Source of the DNA: Mobula hypostoma | Taxonomy: Eukaryota | Length of the DNA stretch: 64,000 nt | Reading direction: 5' to 3' | Assembly: GCF_963921235.1 (NCBI RefSeq) | Contig: NC_086118.1 | Coordinates: 13,766,001 to 13,830,000 of the forward strand | Shown here: positions 22,640 to 36,789 of the stretch, one piece after another | Layout of the letters: each line of letters opens with the position of its first letter | How positions within the stretch are numbered: position 1 is the first letter of the stretch | Translations under genes and position numbers: made by a program | Notes under the pieces: generated by a model | The model's input: the letters and a program-made list of their open reading frames with translations, nothing else | Databases searched by the model: none | What the model was told of the DNA's origin: nothing

Positions 22640-25100
22640 GAAGTTCGTTATCATTGAAATGCAGTTCAAACTCATTTTGTAGAATGACTGCTGTCCAATT
22701 ACATTTTAAATAATTTGCTTTACACTTCTGGTGTAAGCCATATTGTTCACTTTTCACATTGTATATCTGAAGGCTACCTAGTCCTGTGTCATTCTCAACA
22801 TTATCAGATTTTTTATCAACAGCATGCAGATTAGTGCTCTTTTTGAAACTGCAACTTGACATTTTAGCTTATTCTCTTCCCTGAGCAGTCCATATATTTT
22901 TATCTGCCCAAAATGCTCTTTGTATTTGTCCTACTTTGTGGCATTTCCTGCAAGTATCATTTTTATATCAGTATTAATCACAGAATTTTTTGAGGATGTA
23001 ACTAGTAGAGTGGATAGGGGAGAACCAGTGGATGTGGTATATTTGGATTTTCAAAAGGCTTTTGACAAGGTCCCACACAGGAGATTAGTGTGCCAACTTA
23101 AAGCACACGGTATTGGGGGTAAGGTATTGATGTGGATGGAGAATTGGTTAGCAGACAGGAAGCAAAGAGTGGGAATAAACGGGACCTTTTCAGAATGGCA
23201 GGCGGTGACTAGTGGGGTACCGCAAGGCTCAGTGCTGGGACCCCAGTTGTTTACAATATATATTAATGACTTGGATGAGGGAATTAAATGCAGCATCTCC
23301 AAGTTTGCGGATGACACGAAGCTGGGTGGCAGTGTTAGCTGTGAGGAGGATGCTAAGAGGATGCAGAGTGACTTGGATAGGTTGGGTGAGTGGGCAAATT
23401 CATGGCAGATGCAATTTAATGTGGATAAATGTGAAGTTATCCACTTTGGTGGCAAAAATAGGAAATCAGATTATTATCTGAATGGTGGCCGATTAGGAAA
23501 AGGGGAGGTGCAACGAGACCTGGGTGTCATTATACACCAGTCATTGAAAGTGGGCATGCAGGTACAGCAGGCGGTGAAAAAGGCGAATGGTATGCTGGCA
23601 TTTATAGCGAGAGGATTCGAGTACAGGAGCAAGGAGGTACTACTGCAGTTGTACAAGGCCTTGGTGAGACCACACCTGGAGTATTGTGTGCAGTTTTGGT
23701 CCCCTAATCTGAGGAAAGACATCCTTGCCATAGAGGGAGTACAAAGAAGGTTCACCAGATTGATTCCTGGGATGGCAGGACTTTCATATGAAGAAAGACT
23801 GGATGAACTGGGCTTGTACTCGTTGGAATTTAGAAGATTGAGGGGGGATCTGATTGAAACGTATAAGATCCTAAAGGGATTGGACAGGCTAGATGCAGGA
23901 AGATTGTTCCCGATGTTGGGGAAGTCCAGAACAAGTGGTCACAGTTTGAGGATAAAGGGGAAGCCTTTTAGGACCGAGATTAGGAAAAACTTCTTTACAC
24001 AGAGAGTGGTGAATCTGTGGAATTCTCTGCCACAGGAAACAGTTGAGGCCAGTTCATTGGCTATATTTGAGAGGGAGTTAGATATGACCCTTGTGGCTAC
24101 GGGGATCAGGGGGTATGGAGGGAAGGCTGGGGCAGGGTTCTGAGTTGGATGATCAGCCATAATCATAATAAATGGCGGTGCAGGCTCGAAGGGCCGAATA
24201 GCCTACTCCTGCACCTATTTTCTATGTTTCCATGTGACCCTTTGCCACAATGGTTAATGCAATTTGTTCAACCATGCACACTTCTCTTTAAACATTGCAA
24301 CTTTGATCACGTTCACTTTCATTCCTGATTACAACTCAATTGCACTCTGAGTGCTGTTTTCATTGATACATCTAGTTCAATTGTTCTTTAAATGTATGGT
24401 GTGCTTCAGTTAGTAGTCATTTTTGAATGTTTTCTTGTAAAATTCCACAAACTGAATGATCTCTCAGTACATTATTAAGCCACTTAATGAACTGACAATG
24501 TTGAAGCAACTTCTTCAATTCAGTCACATACTGTGAAATAGTTTCCCCTTCCTTTTGTTTCCAATTATAAAACTTAAAGCATTCTGCATTCAACGATGAT
24601 TGCAGATCGAAATGTTCTTGCATCACTTTCACAATATCAGCAAAGCTCATTTCAGCTGGTTTGGTTGGAGCAGTTAAACTTCCAAGCCAACCTTCTGCTC
24701 TTTCAACTTGTGCACTGAGCATAACTGGCTCTCACCTTCATTTACTGTTTCAATTGATTCAGAATACTGCTCAATTCACACAGTATACAATATCCAGTTA
24801 TCTACTGTGCAATCAAACATGTTTGTCTTTCAATGTAACCAGCTATTTCTGTTTTTTTTAAATTTATGATTAGTATCACCTGGTAATCATGGTTTATGAA
24901 CCCATGAATTTCATCGCTGTTCTGCCTTTTTTTAATTCAATCACCTTTTCTTTTCTGATGAAACCACGTGTTCTTTATTAACTTATCTGTTTCTCGTAGC
25001 ACTTTTTATAATAGAATATCTCACCATGCATTTTTTTAACTTGTACTTCTCATAGTGCTTTAACAGGTAGCTAGTCATCTCAAGCTTGTTTAAAGCTTCC
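22640..25100 (-). pseudogene. Gypsy A gag-protease remnant, interrupted by CR1 22976-24232
   Basis: LTAPTKPAEMSFADIVKVMQEH..KQKEGETISQYVTELKKL; zinc knuckles HCGKGSH and CRKCHKVGQI on either side of the CR1; IWLTPEV protease start. Confidence 0.82.
22976..24232 (+). mobile_element. CR1 LINE, 5'-truncated copy of the young family
   Basis: YLDFQKAFDKVPH, GVPQGSVLGP, KFADDTKL; near-identical to the reverse complement of 53112-54360. Confidence 0.95.
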
Positions 25101-25107
25101 TGGTCAC

Positions 25108-25356
25108 TGTTGCTATGTTTTTTAACTTCAAAACATAAAACTAATTGAAAAAAAACACTAGAGTCCAGAATATGTGCTGTTAGTTTTGTTTTTATTTTAA
25201 GCGAGGCACTCACTTATGACCAGGTGGAGTGATGACGTATGCCATTCATGTACTTTTACATATAACCCGCAAAGCATGATTGAAACAAAGAATGCTCAAT
25301 CAAACAATATATTTATAATATTACTCAAATATTACTGTAATATTAAATACACAACA
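25108..25356 (-). repeat. 5' LTR of old Gypsy element A
   Basis: TGTTG...CAACA; homologous to 6599-6845; adjacent degenerate PBS-like 'gtgaccagga'. Confidence 0.78.
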
Positions 25357-28300
25357 GGTACATTTAGAACAAGGAGCGGGTAGTCAGTATGGTTTAGGTT
25401 TAGTAAGCTAAATTGATCTTGTTGACACCAGATATATTTTGTTCAATGGACACTCTGAAACTTCTTCAGTCTCTGTGGTCTTTTGATGTTCACCTCATAA
25501 TGCATTGTATGTAAAATAATTTTCCAATTCACATCTCATATCCATTTTTCAATACAGAGGGCATTTCATTCTCCATTATTCATAATACTTACTAAGCTTA
25601 AGCTATACTGACTAGCCACTCCCTGTTCTGCCTTATATTTCATGCCTTACAACATGTATTTCCTGCTGCTGTCTGTCCAACATTTCTAGCCTGACTTTGT
25701 TTAGCTCTTCAAGTTTGCCTGTCTTTATGCGCTCTTTTAGAAAATAATTTGTTCCGTGAAGTGGCACTTTCTTCAGGTTGAACTCTTGAAGTCCACAAGT
25801 GTTTCAGTGATTGAAGAGAAAGTTCCTTAGATCTTTCAAATCTTAGTTACCTGCTGACAAATTTAGTCCAACTAAGAATGTATCAAAGGTTTCTCCCTGG
25901 TGCTAGTTGTATATGAGGAACTAGTGATAGTTGACTACTTCATTTCCAGATAGTTTGCCATGTGATTGTAATGAATGGTACTAATGCGTTCTCCAGGTTC
26001 TCATGTAGTCTGGTGCCATTCTCTCCACTAATGATGAATTAGATACAAAAACGTGCCAAAAATAAACTAGGGGATCAGTGGTTTGAGCAGTACTTATGGT
26101 GTTGAAGCAATTGTTGATGTATTGTGACAACACCCTGCATCAGGACAAATTTTTCACCTTCACTGTTTCCATTTTATCTGTTTCGGTGAGCTCAATATAT
26201 AGTGCCAGTTCTTCATTTCTCTATCTCCATGTTCTTGCCTAGAAATCCAACAACTTGGTATCTTTATTTACACCATTGTAAACATATTGGATTGTATTGC
26301 ATAGCTATCTATTTCTCAGTACCAGATCTGTGTGCTATATCAATAGAAAGGAATTCTATCAAGTATTTAGTTTTCATATTCAACTTTGATTTTAAGATTC
26401 CTGCTTTCATTAGACAACACTTGAGACTCTACCTCAGTAGTCTCTCTCTCTTGTTCATTCCTGAAGATATCAAGTAAATCAAATTACCAACAAGATACTT
26501 GTGTTGATTTGAACCAAGCCTAAAACACTCTGAGTGCAGTTAGTCATTGGAACTAAATACCTTACAATATTACGGGTGAACCTTTGCAGAAGACTACAGC
26601 TCCCCACTGCTTTCTTAACAGAAATAAATGTGGCCTTGCCAGTGACATCCACTTTTTGAAAATTTAGTAAATAAAATAACTGTAAACATTCAAGGACCAG
26701 CGTAAATTAAATATTCTATTAAGATACTTTATTATTTTAAAGCAGCTATAAACACATATAAAACTATATATAAATTTCATAACAAATAAAGAATACAAAT
26801 TTTCTTATATTTGTCTTTCTGCCTCACTGCTTTGCCTCTCCAATTTGGTGCCACAAGAATAGCTACAAAGAAGATACTGGCAATTATTCACTGAACTGCT
26901 GGTGTTTTTGATTCAGACCTATATTTTGTTATGTTATGATTGCACTGCTCCTGAGAAACTCTGTCTCATTCTGCCCTGCAGAGCTGATGTATGGTTAGAA
27001 TGACAGTAAAGTTTTTTGAATCTTTTGAATCTTTGAATCTTGAATTAACAAGCTGCAAGTGTGTTTTTAGCAGTACATTGAATAAAACCAATTATGATGT
27101 ATTTTGAAAAAAACATGATAATCTCATAAAGATTGTGACACATATTAGAATTAATTAACCTGGTGCAGTACTTGTATTTTTGTTTTCTCAACATTAATAA
27201 ATTGGGAGAACACATGTATACTACAAGGTTTGAAATCTCACAACAATGTGTTTCAAATATTCCAAGTTTACATTCATTCTACTTTGATCAAATTCGATAG
27301 TGCTATTGAAAATTTGAAAACTACTTGAAAATCTGTTTGCAGAAGTATCAGGATATTAGTGGTTAAATAAAGAGCTAATAAACAATTTACAAAAAATCTT
27401 TACATTATGTTATAATCATTTTCATCCCACTCTTCATTATTCTATGTTAGTAATTGAAGTGTATTAGTTGTTAAATTTTGCTGTCCTCAGTTTCAGTTGT
27501 GGTGGTGGTACTGTAACTGCTCTTAATTAGCAAGTGGAGAAAATCCACACAGATTAACAGATCTCTGCTCCTTTTTTATATAATGGCTAAAGATAATGAG
27601 CTTGGAATTATGAACAACCATTCTGAGGTCATAGATATCACTGGTAACATTTGTATTAATTTCTCAGCCAAGGTTGGCCTTGATATATTGCCATAGGTCA
27701 CCATCCAGAGCCATCAATTTCAGCATAAATTCACAAGAGACTGCAATGTTGCAACCTGATGTAACAAGCAAGATGAAGCGTCTAGGTCTGAATCATCCAA
27801 AGTCTATTTCCCTCCACAGATGCTGCCTGGCCTGCTAAGTTCCTCCAGAATCTTGTTTGTTGGACTGAGAGCAACAGCATATCTAGATAAACCACTTCAA
27901 CTAACTATTGAAGTATTGACAGCGCTAGTACAGAGCTGGTGTCTCAGGGTCAGACAACATAAAGATAGCAAATTAGCCCCCTGGAGGTTATTTTTGTTGA
28001 ATCATTATTGATCTTATCTCGGCCATGAATGAAACTGAAAATTTACCTCTCTTGTCCTTCTTAACTTGTTTACAGCTTTAACATGGTTGGCCACACCATC
28101 CACGAGAACAACTCTCAACCAGCTGAATAAGGCCTCCTTATCCACTTCCCACCTTCCTCCCTTCCTTCCCCCCTGTTCAAATCAGCTTTGCAGAAATGGA
28201 TTTCCCACTCCTGTACTTTTACTTCAATCTACACCATATTTCACATTCATATAATGTCCATTGCTAACATTGAAAGCACGGCACCAATTTCAGCCTGCAG

Positions 28301-28950
28301 TCCAACGACCCCTCAACTCAACAATCCCTTCCATTTTCCCCTCCTCCACTAAATGCTGGTAAAACCAAAGGAATTAATTTAGTGATACCCACAAACCTTG
28401 TGTTTAAGAACTTTCCTCAGTAACCATCCTAAACTGAAGGTAGTTAATCTCAGCCATTGTCTCAGTACCCTTACAAAGAGTGACACGAGAGATTGCAGAA
28501 AAGTGGAAGTAATATAGAGATCAAAGCAGATTCAATGACAGAAGTGTTAGTATTGTTAAGAGAGAATTTAAAGAACATTATCAAGGAAGGAACAGATAGA
28601 GAGAATAACAGTGATTTTAGAGAGGGAGGTTCAGGGCTTAAGATCTTGTCAGCTAAAGACACAGGTGCAATACTGATGATTAAGATGCATGGTGACTTTG
28701 AGACCAGAACTGGAGCAATATAAATAGCTTGTGGATTTGCAGTACGAGTAGTGTGCCATAAATACTCACAATTTATGAATGGAAGTGGTAAGGTGGAAGA
28801 GATCCTGGACAGAATGAAAAAAAGAATGAAGATTTTAAGACTGACATACTGCTTATGTGAAGGCTGGTAAATATTGTTAAACACAGGTATGGGTGGCTTA
28901 GTGTAAAAACATTCAGATATGGCCAAAGTGCCGAGAGAGAGGGTTGATAT

Positions 28951-29076
28951 GAGAAAATCTGTAGATGCTGGAAATTCAGGGAACACACACAAAATGCTGG
29001 TGGAAGGCAACAGACCAGGCAGCATCTATAGGAAGAAGTACAGTTAAAGTTTCGGACCGAGACCCTTCGTCAGGAC
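28951..29076 (-). mobile_element. Penelope terminal-repeat mini-copy with degenerate hammerhead
   Basis: Minus-strand GTCCTGACGAAGGGTCTCGGTCCGAAAC...AGATGCTGCCTGG; flanks AGAGAGGGTTGA and AGAGAGTGTTGA (11/12). Confidence 0.85.
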
Positions 29077-29714
29077 GAAGAGAGTGTTGACAATTCACTG
29101 GCTTTAGTGAGAACTGTTGCAGAATTTAAAGGAAAAGAAAAACAATGAAAGCTAGGCCAAGAGGGCCATTAACTAAAACTCTCAAAGTGAAAGTTAGTGC
29201 CAATGCTGTAGCTGTAAGGAAACACTAAATACTAAATGGATACCACTCCTTTACAGCATCATTTGAAGCAGCAGTCCGCTTTCCCTGACAAGGACAGGGG
29301 TAAGCAGGGAGTGTAACGTTGCTGTGCTTTGGGTCATCACGACAAGACTACAATGAAAAGAAGGGATCTAAATACCCCCAAAATGAAACAGTAATTAGCT
29401 AGTACCTACATATTCACAAGCGTAATTTCCAAGCCCGCTGTGCAGCCTGCCTGCAGGGGCACATAGACCACACAGTAGAGTCCGTTGTTGTGACAGTTAG
29501 TGCAAACCAGAAGAGGGAGACAGACCTAGAGTTGGAATTGTTTGATTTCTAATCTTTCTCAGCAAGCCGAAGGACCAGAAAACGTTAACTGATTTCTCTC
29601 GCCACAGATGCTGCCTGACACACTGATCATCTCTGACTTTTTTCATTTCTGCTGTAATGGTGAATGCACCAGATTTAATATCACAATGACATTTAATACC
29701 TTTAACAAAACATG

Positions 29715-30882
29715 ACTAGATATGATGTGATCTATATGGATTTTAGTAAGGCATTTAACAAGGTTCCACACAGTGGGCTTCTTCAGGAAGTCAGAAGGCA
29801 TGGGATCCAGGGAGGTTTGGCAAGGTGGATTCAGAATTGGCTTGCCTGCAGAAGGCAGAGGGTCGTGGTGGAGGGAGTATATTCAGATTGGAGGATTGTA
29901 ACCAGTGGTGTCCCACAAGGATCTGTTCTGGGACCTCTACTTTTCGTGATTTTTATTAACTACCTGGATGTCAGGGTAGAAGGGTGGGTTGGCAAGTTTG
30001 CAGATGACACAAAGGTTGGTGGTGTTGTAGATAGTGTAGAAGATTGTCGAAGATTGCAGAGAGACATTGATAGGATGCAGAATTGGGCTGAGAAGTGGCA
30101 GATGGAGTTCAACCCGGAGAAGTGTGAGGTTGTACACTTTGGAAGGATAAACTCCAAGGCAGAGTACAAAGTAAATGGCAGGATACTTGGTCGTGTGGAG
30201 GAGCAGAGGGATCTGGGGGTACATGTCCACAGATCCCTGAAAGTTCCCTCACAGGTGGATAGGGTAGTTAAGAAAGCTTATGGGGTGTTAGCTTTCATAA
30301 GTCGAGAGATAGAGTTTAAGAGTCGCGATGTAATGATGCAGCTCTATAAAACTCTGGTTAGGCCACACTTGGAGTACTGTGTCCAGTTCTGGTCGCCTCA
30401 CTATAGGAAGGATGTGGAAGCATTAGAAAAGGTACAGAGGAGATTTACCAGGATGCTGCCTGGTTTAGAGAGTATGGATTATGATCAGAGATTAAGGGAG
30501 CTAGGGCTTTACTCTTTGGAGAGAAGGAGGATGAGAGGAGACATGATAGTGGAGTACAAAATAATAAGAGGAATAAGTGGATAGCCAGCGCCTCTTCCCC
30601 AGGGCACCACTGCTCAATACAAGAGGACATGGTTTTAAGGTAAGGAGTGGGAAGTTCAAGGGGGATATTAGAGGAAGGTTTTTTACTCAGAGAGTGGTTG
30701 GTGCATGGAATGCACTGCCTGAGTCAATGTTGGTGGCAGATACACTAGTGAAGTTTAAGAGACTACTAGACAGGTAAATGGAGGAATTTAAGGTGGGTGG
30801 TTATATGGGAGGTAGGGTTTGAGGGTTGGCACAACATTGTGGGCCAAAGGGCCTGTACTGTGCTGTACTATTCTATGTTCTA
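29715..30882 (+). mobile_element. CR1 LINE 3' fragment (third family)
   Basis: DVIYMDFSKAF, GVPQGSVLGP, KFADDTKV; CR1 3' UTR and TTCTATGT tail. Confidence 0.93.
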
Positions 30883-31229
30883 GATGATTCAAAGGAGCTT
30901 TATGAAATAAAATTTGATCCTCAGCTTCAAAATGAAGGTTGAACAAAATGGTAAGTTAAATTTCCAGAGCTGTATTTGCTCTTTAGGTACATTTACCACT
31001 AAAGCGGCCATTGTTAGTTGATTGATAGTTTGAAATGAATGCAGATTGTGGATGAAGACTAAGCAAAAGAGCAAAAAATAAAGATGCTTGAAGTTGTTTC
31101 CAAACTCTTGACATACGTGTAACTCCCTCCAGTAAAAGGTGTCAGCAAGCTCTCATCAGATTCCTAAGGTTGATGAAGGTAGGCTAGCTAATAATATAGA
31201 AGAGGATAACAGTAAAGTTTTCTAATATA

Positions 31230-31919
31230 TGTACGGGGTCTTTCTTTTTTTTGTATGTTAAATTTGAAATGGCTTCTTTGTTATGTTATATTTGGGAATG
31301 CTTCTTTGTTATGTTAAATGCTGAGAAAGTCCTTCCCGCTAGCAGTTTGTTGAATCACGTTACTGATAAGAGGATGATATGAACCAATTGGGATAGTTGT
31401 TATGGTTTTGGTGTATTTGAAGATACTGTAAGCGCGGGGTTTTGTGGCAGAAGGCGGGAGAGCGAGACAGAGGATGGACCAGGTGCTGTGATGTCCGCTA
31501 ACGGGGTCGGACCCCACGGAGGGCGTTCGGCGAGGAGACGGAGATGGACTGGTGTGGAGCATCTGGTTGAGCACCGTTGTTGGTCCCAGGCGGCCAGTCG
31601 AGGTGGTCTGAGGGGTCGCAGGGTGAAGAAGAAGGTTCTTGAGCACCAACTGTTTTGTGCACGAAGAGATTGAACTTTGATAAGTGTGGCGCCTTTTATT
31701 TTCCTTTTATATTTTATTCTCTATTAATTATATAGTTCCAGTAATATCTATAAACTGTAAATCATTTAATCATATCTGGTGTATTGTCTGTTATTTAGGC
31801 GGGGTGGGGTACAGCACACAGCATCGACACAAACTAATTACCCAGTTTGGCGTGGCCGAGGGTTGTTTCCCTAGACGACAGCAAGCCGAGTGACCCTGAG
31901 GGTGGCCAGGGGGGCTACA
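31230..31919 (+). mobile_element. Solo LTR related to the LTRs at 60973 and 62207
   Basis: TGTA...GGCTACA; shared blocks 'aatggcttctttgttatgtta', 'ccaattgggatag', 'ggcgccttttatttt'; flanks TATA/TAAA; inserted in a CR1 remnant. Confidence 0.85.
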
Positions 31920-32245
31920 TAAATAAAGAGTAAAAGAGAGGCGAGAGTGGATATCAGACTGCCAGAAAATGGAGGACAAAGAAATTGACGACGAACTCAG
32001 TAGATATTTTATGTCAGTATTCACTGACATTAGCAGATTGCCAGAAATTCAAGAGTTGGGGGCAGAGGCAACTGTTCATGCTATTAATAAGGAGAGAGTG
32101 CTAGTGAAGCTGAATGGTTTTAAGATAGATAGGTTAGCTGGAGCTGACAAACTACGCACAAGGGTTCTGAAAGGGGTAGCTGATGAGACTGTGAAGGCAC
32201 TAGTAGTGATCCTTCAAGAATCACTAGACTCTGGAATGATTCTGG

Positions 32246-35101
32246 AATGGTTGCAGGGGGATGGGAACCAGGGTTCCAGAACAGTTAGTGGAGAGGTTGT
32301 GGAGAGAGATGTTGGTAAGACCCCAGACAAAGCCAGGAATCAAAAGGTTGAGCATGGTTCACTTAGTGTGCTGAGAAGTGTGTATTTCAATGCAAAATGT
32401 ATCATAGGAAAGGTGAATGAGCTCTGGGCATGGATCAACAGCTGGAATTATGTCATTGTAGCCATTAGTGAGACTTGGTTGCAGAAGGTGCAGAACTAGC
32501 TGCTCAATATTCTGGAGTTCCATTGTTTTAGATGTGACAGAGTGGGAGGGATTAAAGGAGGAGGGGTAGTGTTACTAGTCAGGCAATATGTCATCGTAGT
32601 GCTCAATCAGGACAGACCAGAGAATTCGTCTAGTGAGGCATTAAGGGAGGAACTGAGAAATAAGAAAGGTACGACTGCGTTAATGGGGCTATATTACAGA
32701 CCACAGTCCTGGGGGTTTAGAAGAATATATTTGCCGAGAGATTGCAGACTGTTGCAAGAAACAAGGTTGTTATAGTAGGTGATTTTAACTTGTCACATAT
32801 TGACTTGGAATCCCATACTGCAAAAGGACTAGATGGGATAGAGTTTGTCAAATGTGTTCCAGAAAGTTACCTTCATCAGTATGCAGAAGTCACAACAAGA
32901 GAGCATGGGATATTGGATCTGGTATTAGGGAATGAAACAAGGCAGGTGACAGAAGTCTGTGTCGGGGAACGCTTTCCATCTAGTGACCACAATGCCATTA
33001 ATTTCAAAGTAAATATGAAAGAAGATTGCTCTGGCTCATGGGTTGAGATTCGAAATTGGAGAAAGGCCAATTTTGTTGTATCAGAAATGACTGGGCAAGT
33101 GTGATTTGAAACAAGCTGTTTTCTGGCAAAGGTGTACTTGGTGAGTGGGATACCTTCAGATGTGAAATTTTGAGATCACAAAGCTTGTATGTACCGGTCA
33201 GGATAAAATGTAAAGATAAAAAGTGTAGGAAACCTTGGTTTTCAAGAGATATTGAGATCCTGGTTAAGATAAAATCAAGGTGCATAGCAGGAATAGGCAA
33301 GTAGGAAACAATGAGGTGCCTATGGAGTATAAGAATTGTAAGAGAACACTTAAGAAATAAATCAGGAGGGCTAAGAGATGGAACAAAGTTGCTCTGGCAG
33401 ACCAAGTGAAGGGATTCTACAGATGTGTTAAGAGTAAAAGAATTACAAGGGACAAAATGTGTCCTCCTGAAGATTTGAATGGTAATCCATATGTGGAGCC
33501 AAAACAGAAGGGGGAGATCTGAAATAATTTTTTTGCATCTGTGTTTACTCAGGAGATGGATTCTGAGTCTATAGAAGTGAGGCAAAGTGGCATCAACTTC
33601 ATGGACCCAATAGAGATTACAGAGGAGGAGGTGTTTGCTATCCTGAGGCAAATAAGGGTGGATAAATCCCCAGGGCCTGACAGAGTGTTCCCTTGGACCC
33701 TACAGGAGGCAGGTGCAGAAATTGCCAGGGAGGCAAGTACATGAATTGCCAGAGCCTTAGCAGAGATATTTAGCGATGGGAGAGGTATAGAGGATTGGAG
33801 GGTGGCCAATGTTGCTCCACTGTTTAAGAAAGGCTCATTTGGAAGGTATTCAAAGGGATGGGACCAGATATATAAGTATTTGGATAGACATGGACAGTTA
33901 AGGATAGGCTTCATGCATGGCAGGTCATGTCTAAGCAATCTTATAGAGTTTTTTTTTGAGATGGCCCCATGTGGGAGTTTGGTCAAATTGGTTCAGTGGC
34001 TTGGCATTCCAGATGAGATAGTAAATTGGATTAGATATTGTCTTTGTGAGAAAAGCCAGAGAGTGGAAGTAGATGGTTGCCTCTCTAATTGAAAGCCTGT
34101 GACTAGTGGAGTGCCACAGAGATTGGTGCTGTGTCCATTGTTCTTTGTCATCTATATCAATGATCTGGATGACAATGTGGTTAACTGGACCAACAAATTT
34201 GCAGATGAGACCAAGACTGGGGGGTGTGGTGGACAGCGAGGAAGGCTATCAAGGCTTGCAAAGAGATCTGCATCAGCTGGAAAAATGGGAGATGGAAGTT
34301 AATGCAGATGTGTAAGATGTTGCACTTCAATAGCACCAGCCATCGTAGGCCTTACACAGTGAATGATAGGGCACTGAGGTGTGTGGTAGAAAAAAGGGAT
34401 CTAAGAATTCAGGTCCATAATTCATTGAAAGTCATGTCATAGGTAGATAGAATCATAGAGAAAGCCTTTGACACATTGGCCTTCGTGAATGAATGCATTG
34501 AGTACAGGAAATGTGATGTTATGTTGAAGTTTGTATAAGACTTTGGTGAGGCCTATTTTGGAATATTGTGAACAATTTTGGTCACCTGCCTACAGGAAAG
34601 GTGTAAACAAGGTCGGAAGAGTACAGAAAAAAAACTTATGAGAATGTTGCTGGGTCTGGAGGGCATGAGATATAAGGAAAGATTGCACAGGTTAGGACTG
34701 TATTCCTCAGAATGTGGAAGATATTAGAGAGGAGACTTGGTGAGGTATACAAAATTATGAGTGGTATAGGTGGGGAAATGCAAGCAGGCTTTTACCACAG
34801 AGTTTGGGTAGAACTACAGCAGGAGGTCATGGGTTAAGGGTGAAAGGTGAAAAGTTTAAGGGGAACATAAGGGGAAACTTCTTGACTCAGAGGGTCATAA
34901 GAGTGTGGAATGAGCTGCCAGTACAAGTGGTGCATGTGAGCTTGACTTCAACATTTAAGAGAAGTTTGGATTGTTACATGGATGGCAGGTGTATGGACGG
35001 CTATTGTCCTTGTGTAGGTTAATGGGATTAGGCAATTTAAATGGTTTTGGCATGGAATAGATGGGCCAAAAGGCCCGTTTCTGTGCTGTACTTCTCTATG
35101 A
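32246..35101 (+). mobile_element. Degraded near-complete CR1 ORF2 (endonuclease+RT) nested in an older CR1 (31170-32245 and 35102-35305)
   Basis: YFNAKCI, VAISETW, GDFN, LDLVL, SDH, KSPGPD, GVPQ, KFADE. Host CR1 breaks at 'gattctgga' and resumes 'actgaaaaattgcaaatgtcactccac'. Confidence 0.85.
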
Positions 35102-35312
35102 CTGAAAAATTGCAAATGTCACTCCACTATTTATGAAGAGATGGAGACAAACAACAGGAAATTATAGAACAGATAGCCTGACTTCAGTGGTTAGTCAGAT
35201 GTTGGAGTTCATTATTAATTATGAGTTGTCAGGGTACTTGGAGGCACATGATAAAATAGGCCTCAGTCAGCATAGTTTCTTAAGGAGAAATCTTGCCTGA
35301 CAATTTTGTTTC

Positions 35313-35612
35313 CTATAGGAGGAATCCAGGGCTAGAGGGCACAGCCTCCGAATAGAGGAACATTCTTTCAGAACAGAGATGAAAAAAAGATTCTTTAGAT
35401 ATAGGGTGTGAATCTGTGAAATTCATTGCCACTGACAGCTGTAAAAGCCAAGTCAATGGGAATATATAAAGTGCAGGATGATAGGTTCCTAAATACAATG
35501 TGTGTTTCAAGGAGAAGGTAGGAGAATGAGGTTGAAAGGGATAATGAATCAACCATGAAGGAATGGTGGTACAGACTGAACGGGCCAAATGGCCTCATTC
35601 TGTTCCTATGTC
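35313..35612 (-). mobile_element. CR1 3' fragment
   Basis: Plus strand reads 'gggcacagcctccgaatagagg...gtgaatctgtgaaattcattgcc...gggccaaatggcctcattctgttcctat', a CR1 RT end and 3' UTR. It may instead be the plus-sense, deleted continuation of the older CR1, so the strand is uncertain. Confidence 0.5.
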
Positions 35613-36789
35613 TTCTGGACTCATGGTCCCAATCCCCACAATGATTGAAGGTTGACACTCAAAACCACAGGAAAATCACAGCAGCTCTGGTCAACATGTC
35701 CTTCCATGCCAGCCCTATCACTTAGCACAAGCATAACATTAACTCTGCTGTTCAAGTTCCTGATACACTTCAATTCCCCTTTCTTTCAAAAATGTGAATT
35801 TCTTTGCTGCCTGTTACAGTAACGGCATTTAGGGCAGCAATGAAAGTCCTCCATCTCTAGTGGTGTTCATGTCAGTAGCTCCCACTACCTACCCTATAAA
35901 TGCCTTCAGTGACTGAGCCACCACAACCCTCTGGGTAATTCTGGACATTCACCACCCTCTGTGAGATGGATGGTGAATTACTGACCCATGTGCGTTAGCT
36001 CCCAAAGCTGGCTAAGGAAAATGTTGAATCTGTTAAATACTTCCAGAATCTAAAATTTTCTTTTGCTTTTAGCAAAGGAGGATTCTCTCTCACTGTTGAG
36101 TTTATAAAGCTGCACACAGTGCCTTGGACCTTGTTACAGAGAGATCACATAAAAAATGTGTCGGTTGCTGTCAGACTGCTGGTTTAACATGAGTCCTGGA
36201 GTACGAACCAGTCAGCTCTGCAGTGTCTGGTTAAAGGTGTCCAACTCTCACACTCTTCAACTCCAATCCTCTGCTTCAATTTCTGACTTACAATTGAAGA
36301 TGAGGCAGTAGCAGAGTTTTCTTAGTCAAACAAAAGAGCCAGAAAAACATTAGGGAAAAATGTGGTTATGTGTGGGAGTGCAGTTTGCAATAACTGGTTA
36401 GGAACAGTGAGTGCTGATTTTATGAAAAACTCAAAGCCAAGAATCTGTCATGGAACTTATTAGTTTGCAGCAGCAATATAGTGCAAAAACATAAAATTGC
36501 TATAAAATACAAAATTAAATAAAAGGTTTTAAAGCAAGGATAATGAGTTTCATGGACTGTTGGAAATCTGGTGATGGAGGGGAAGAAGATGTTTCTGAAT
36601 CATTGACTGTGGATTCTCAGGCTGCTCTGTACTCTTATTGATTGTAGTAATGAGAAGAGGACATGACCCAGATGGTGAGGGTCCTTAGTGATAAAGGCAC
36701 CACCTCTTAAAGATTTTCTCAGTGGTGGGGAGGGATGTGCACGTGGTGGAGCTGAATACATCTACAACTCTCTGAAGTCCTTAACCTCT

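Noticed and set aside
22920..24143. 407-aa ORF with a hydrophobic N-terminus fused to RT as a domesticated gene
   Set aside because: TTG start in antisense Gypsy gag running by chance into a truncated CR1.
6594..25361. TSD for Gypsy A
   Set aside because: Flanks GTGGA and GGTAC do not match, so pairing of the LTRs rests on homology, orientation and domain order only.
29042..29076. Active hammerhead in the mini-copy
   Set aside because: Core boxes are intact, but the cleavage triplet and stems I/III are mutated (GAAAC-UUU-AACU); probably inactive.
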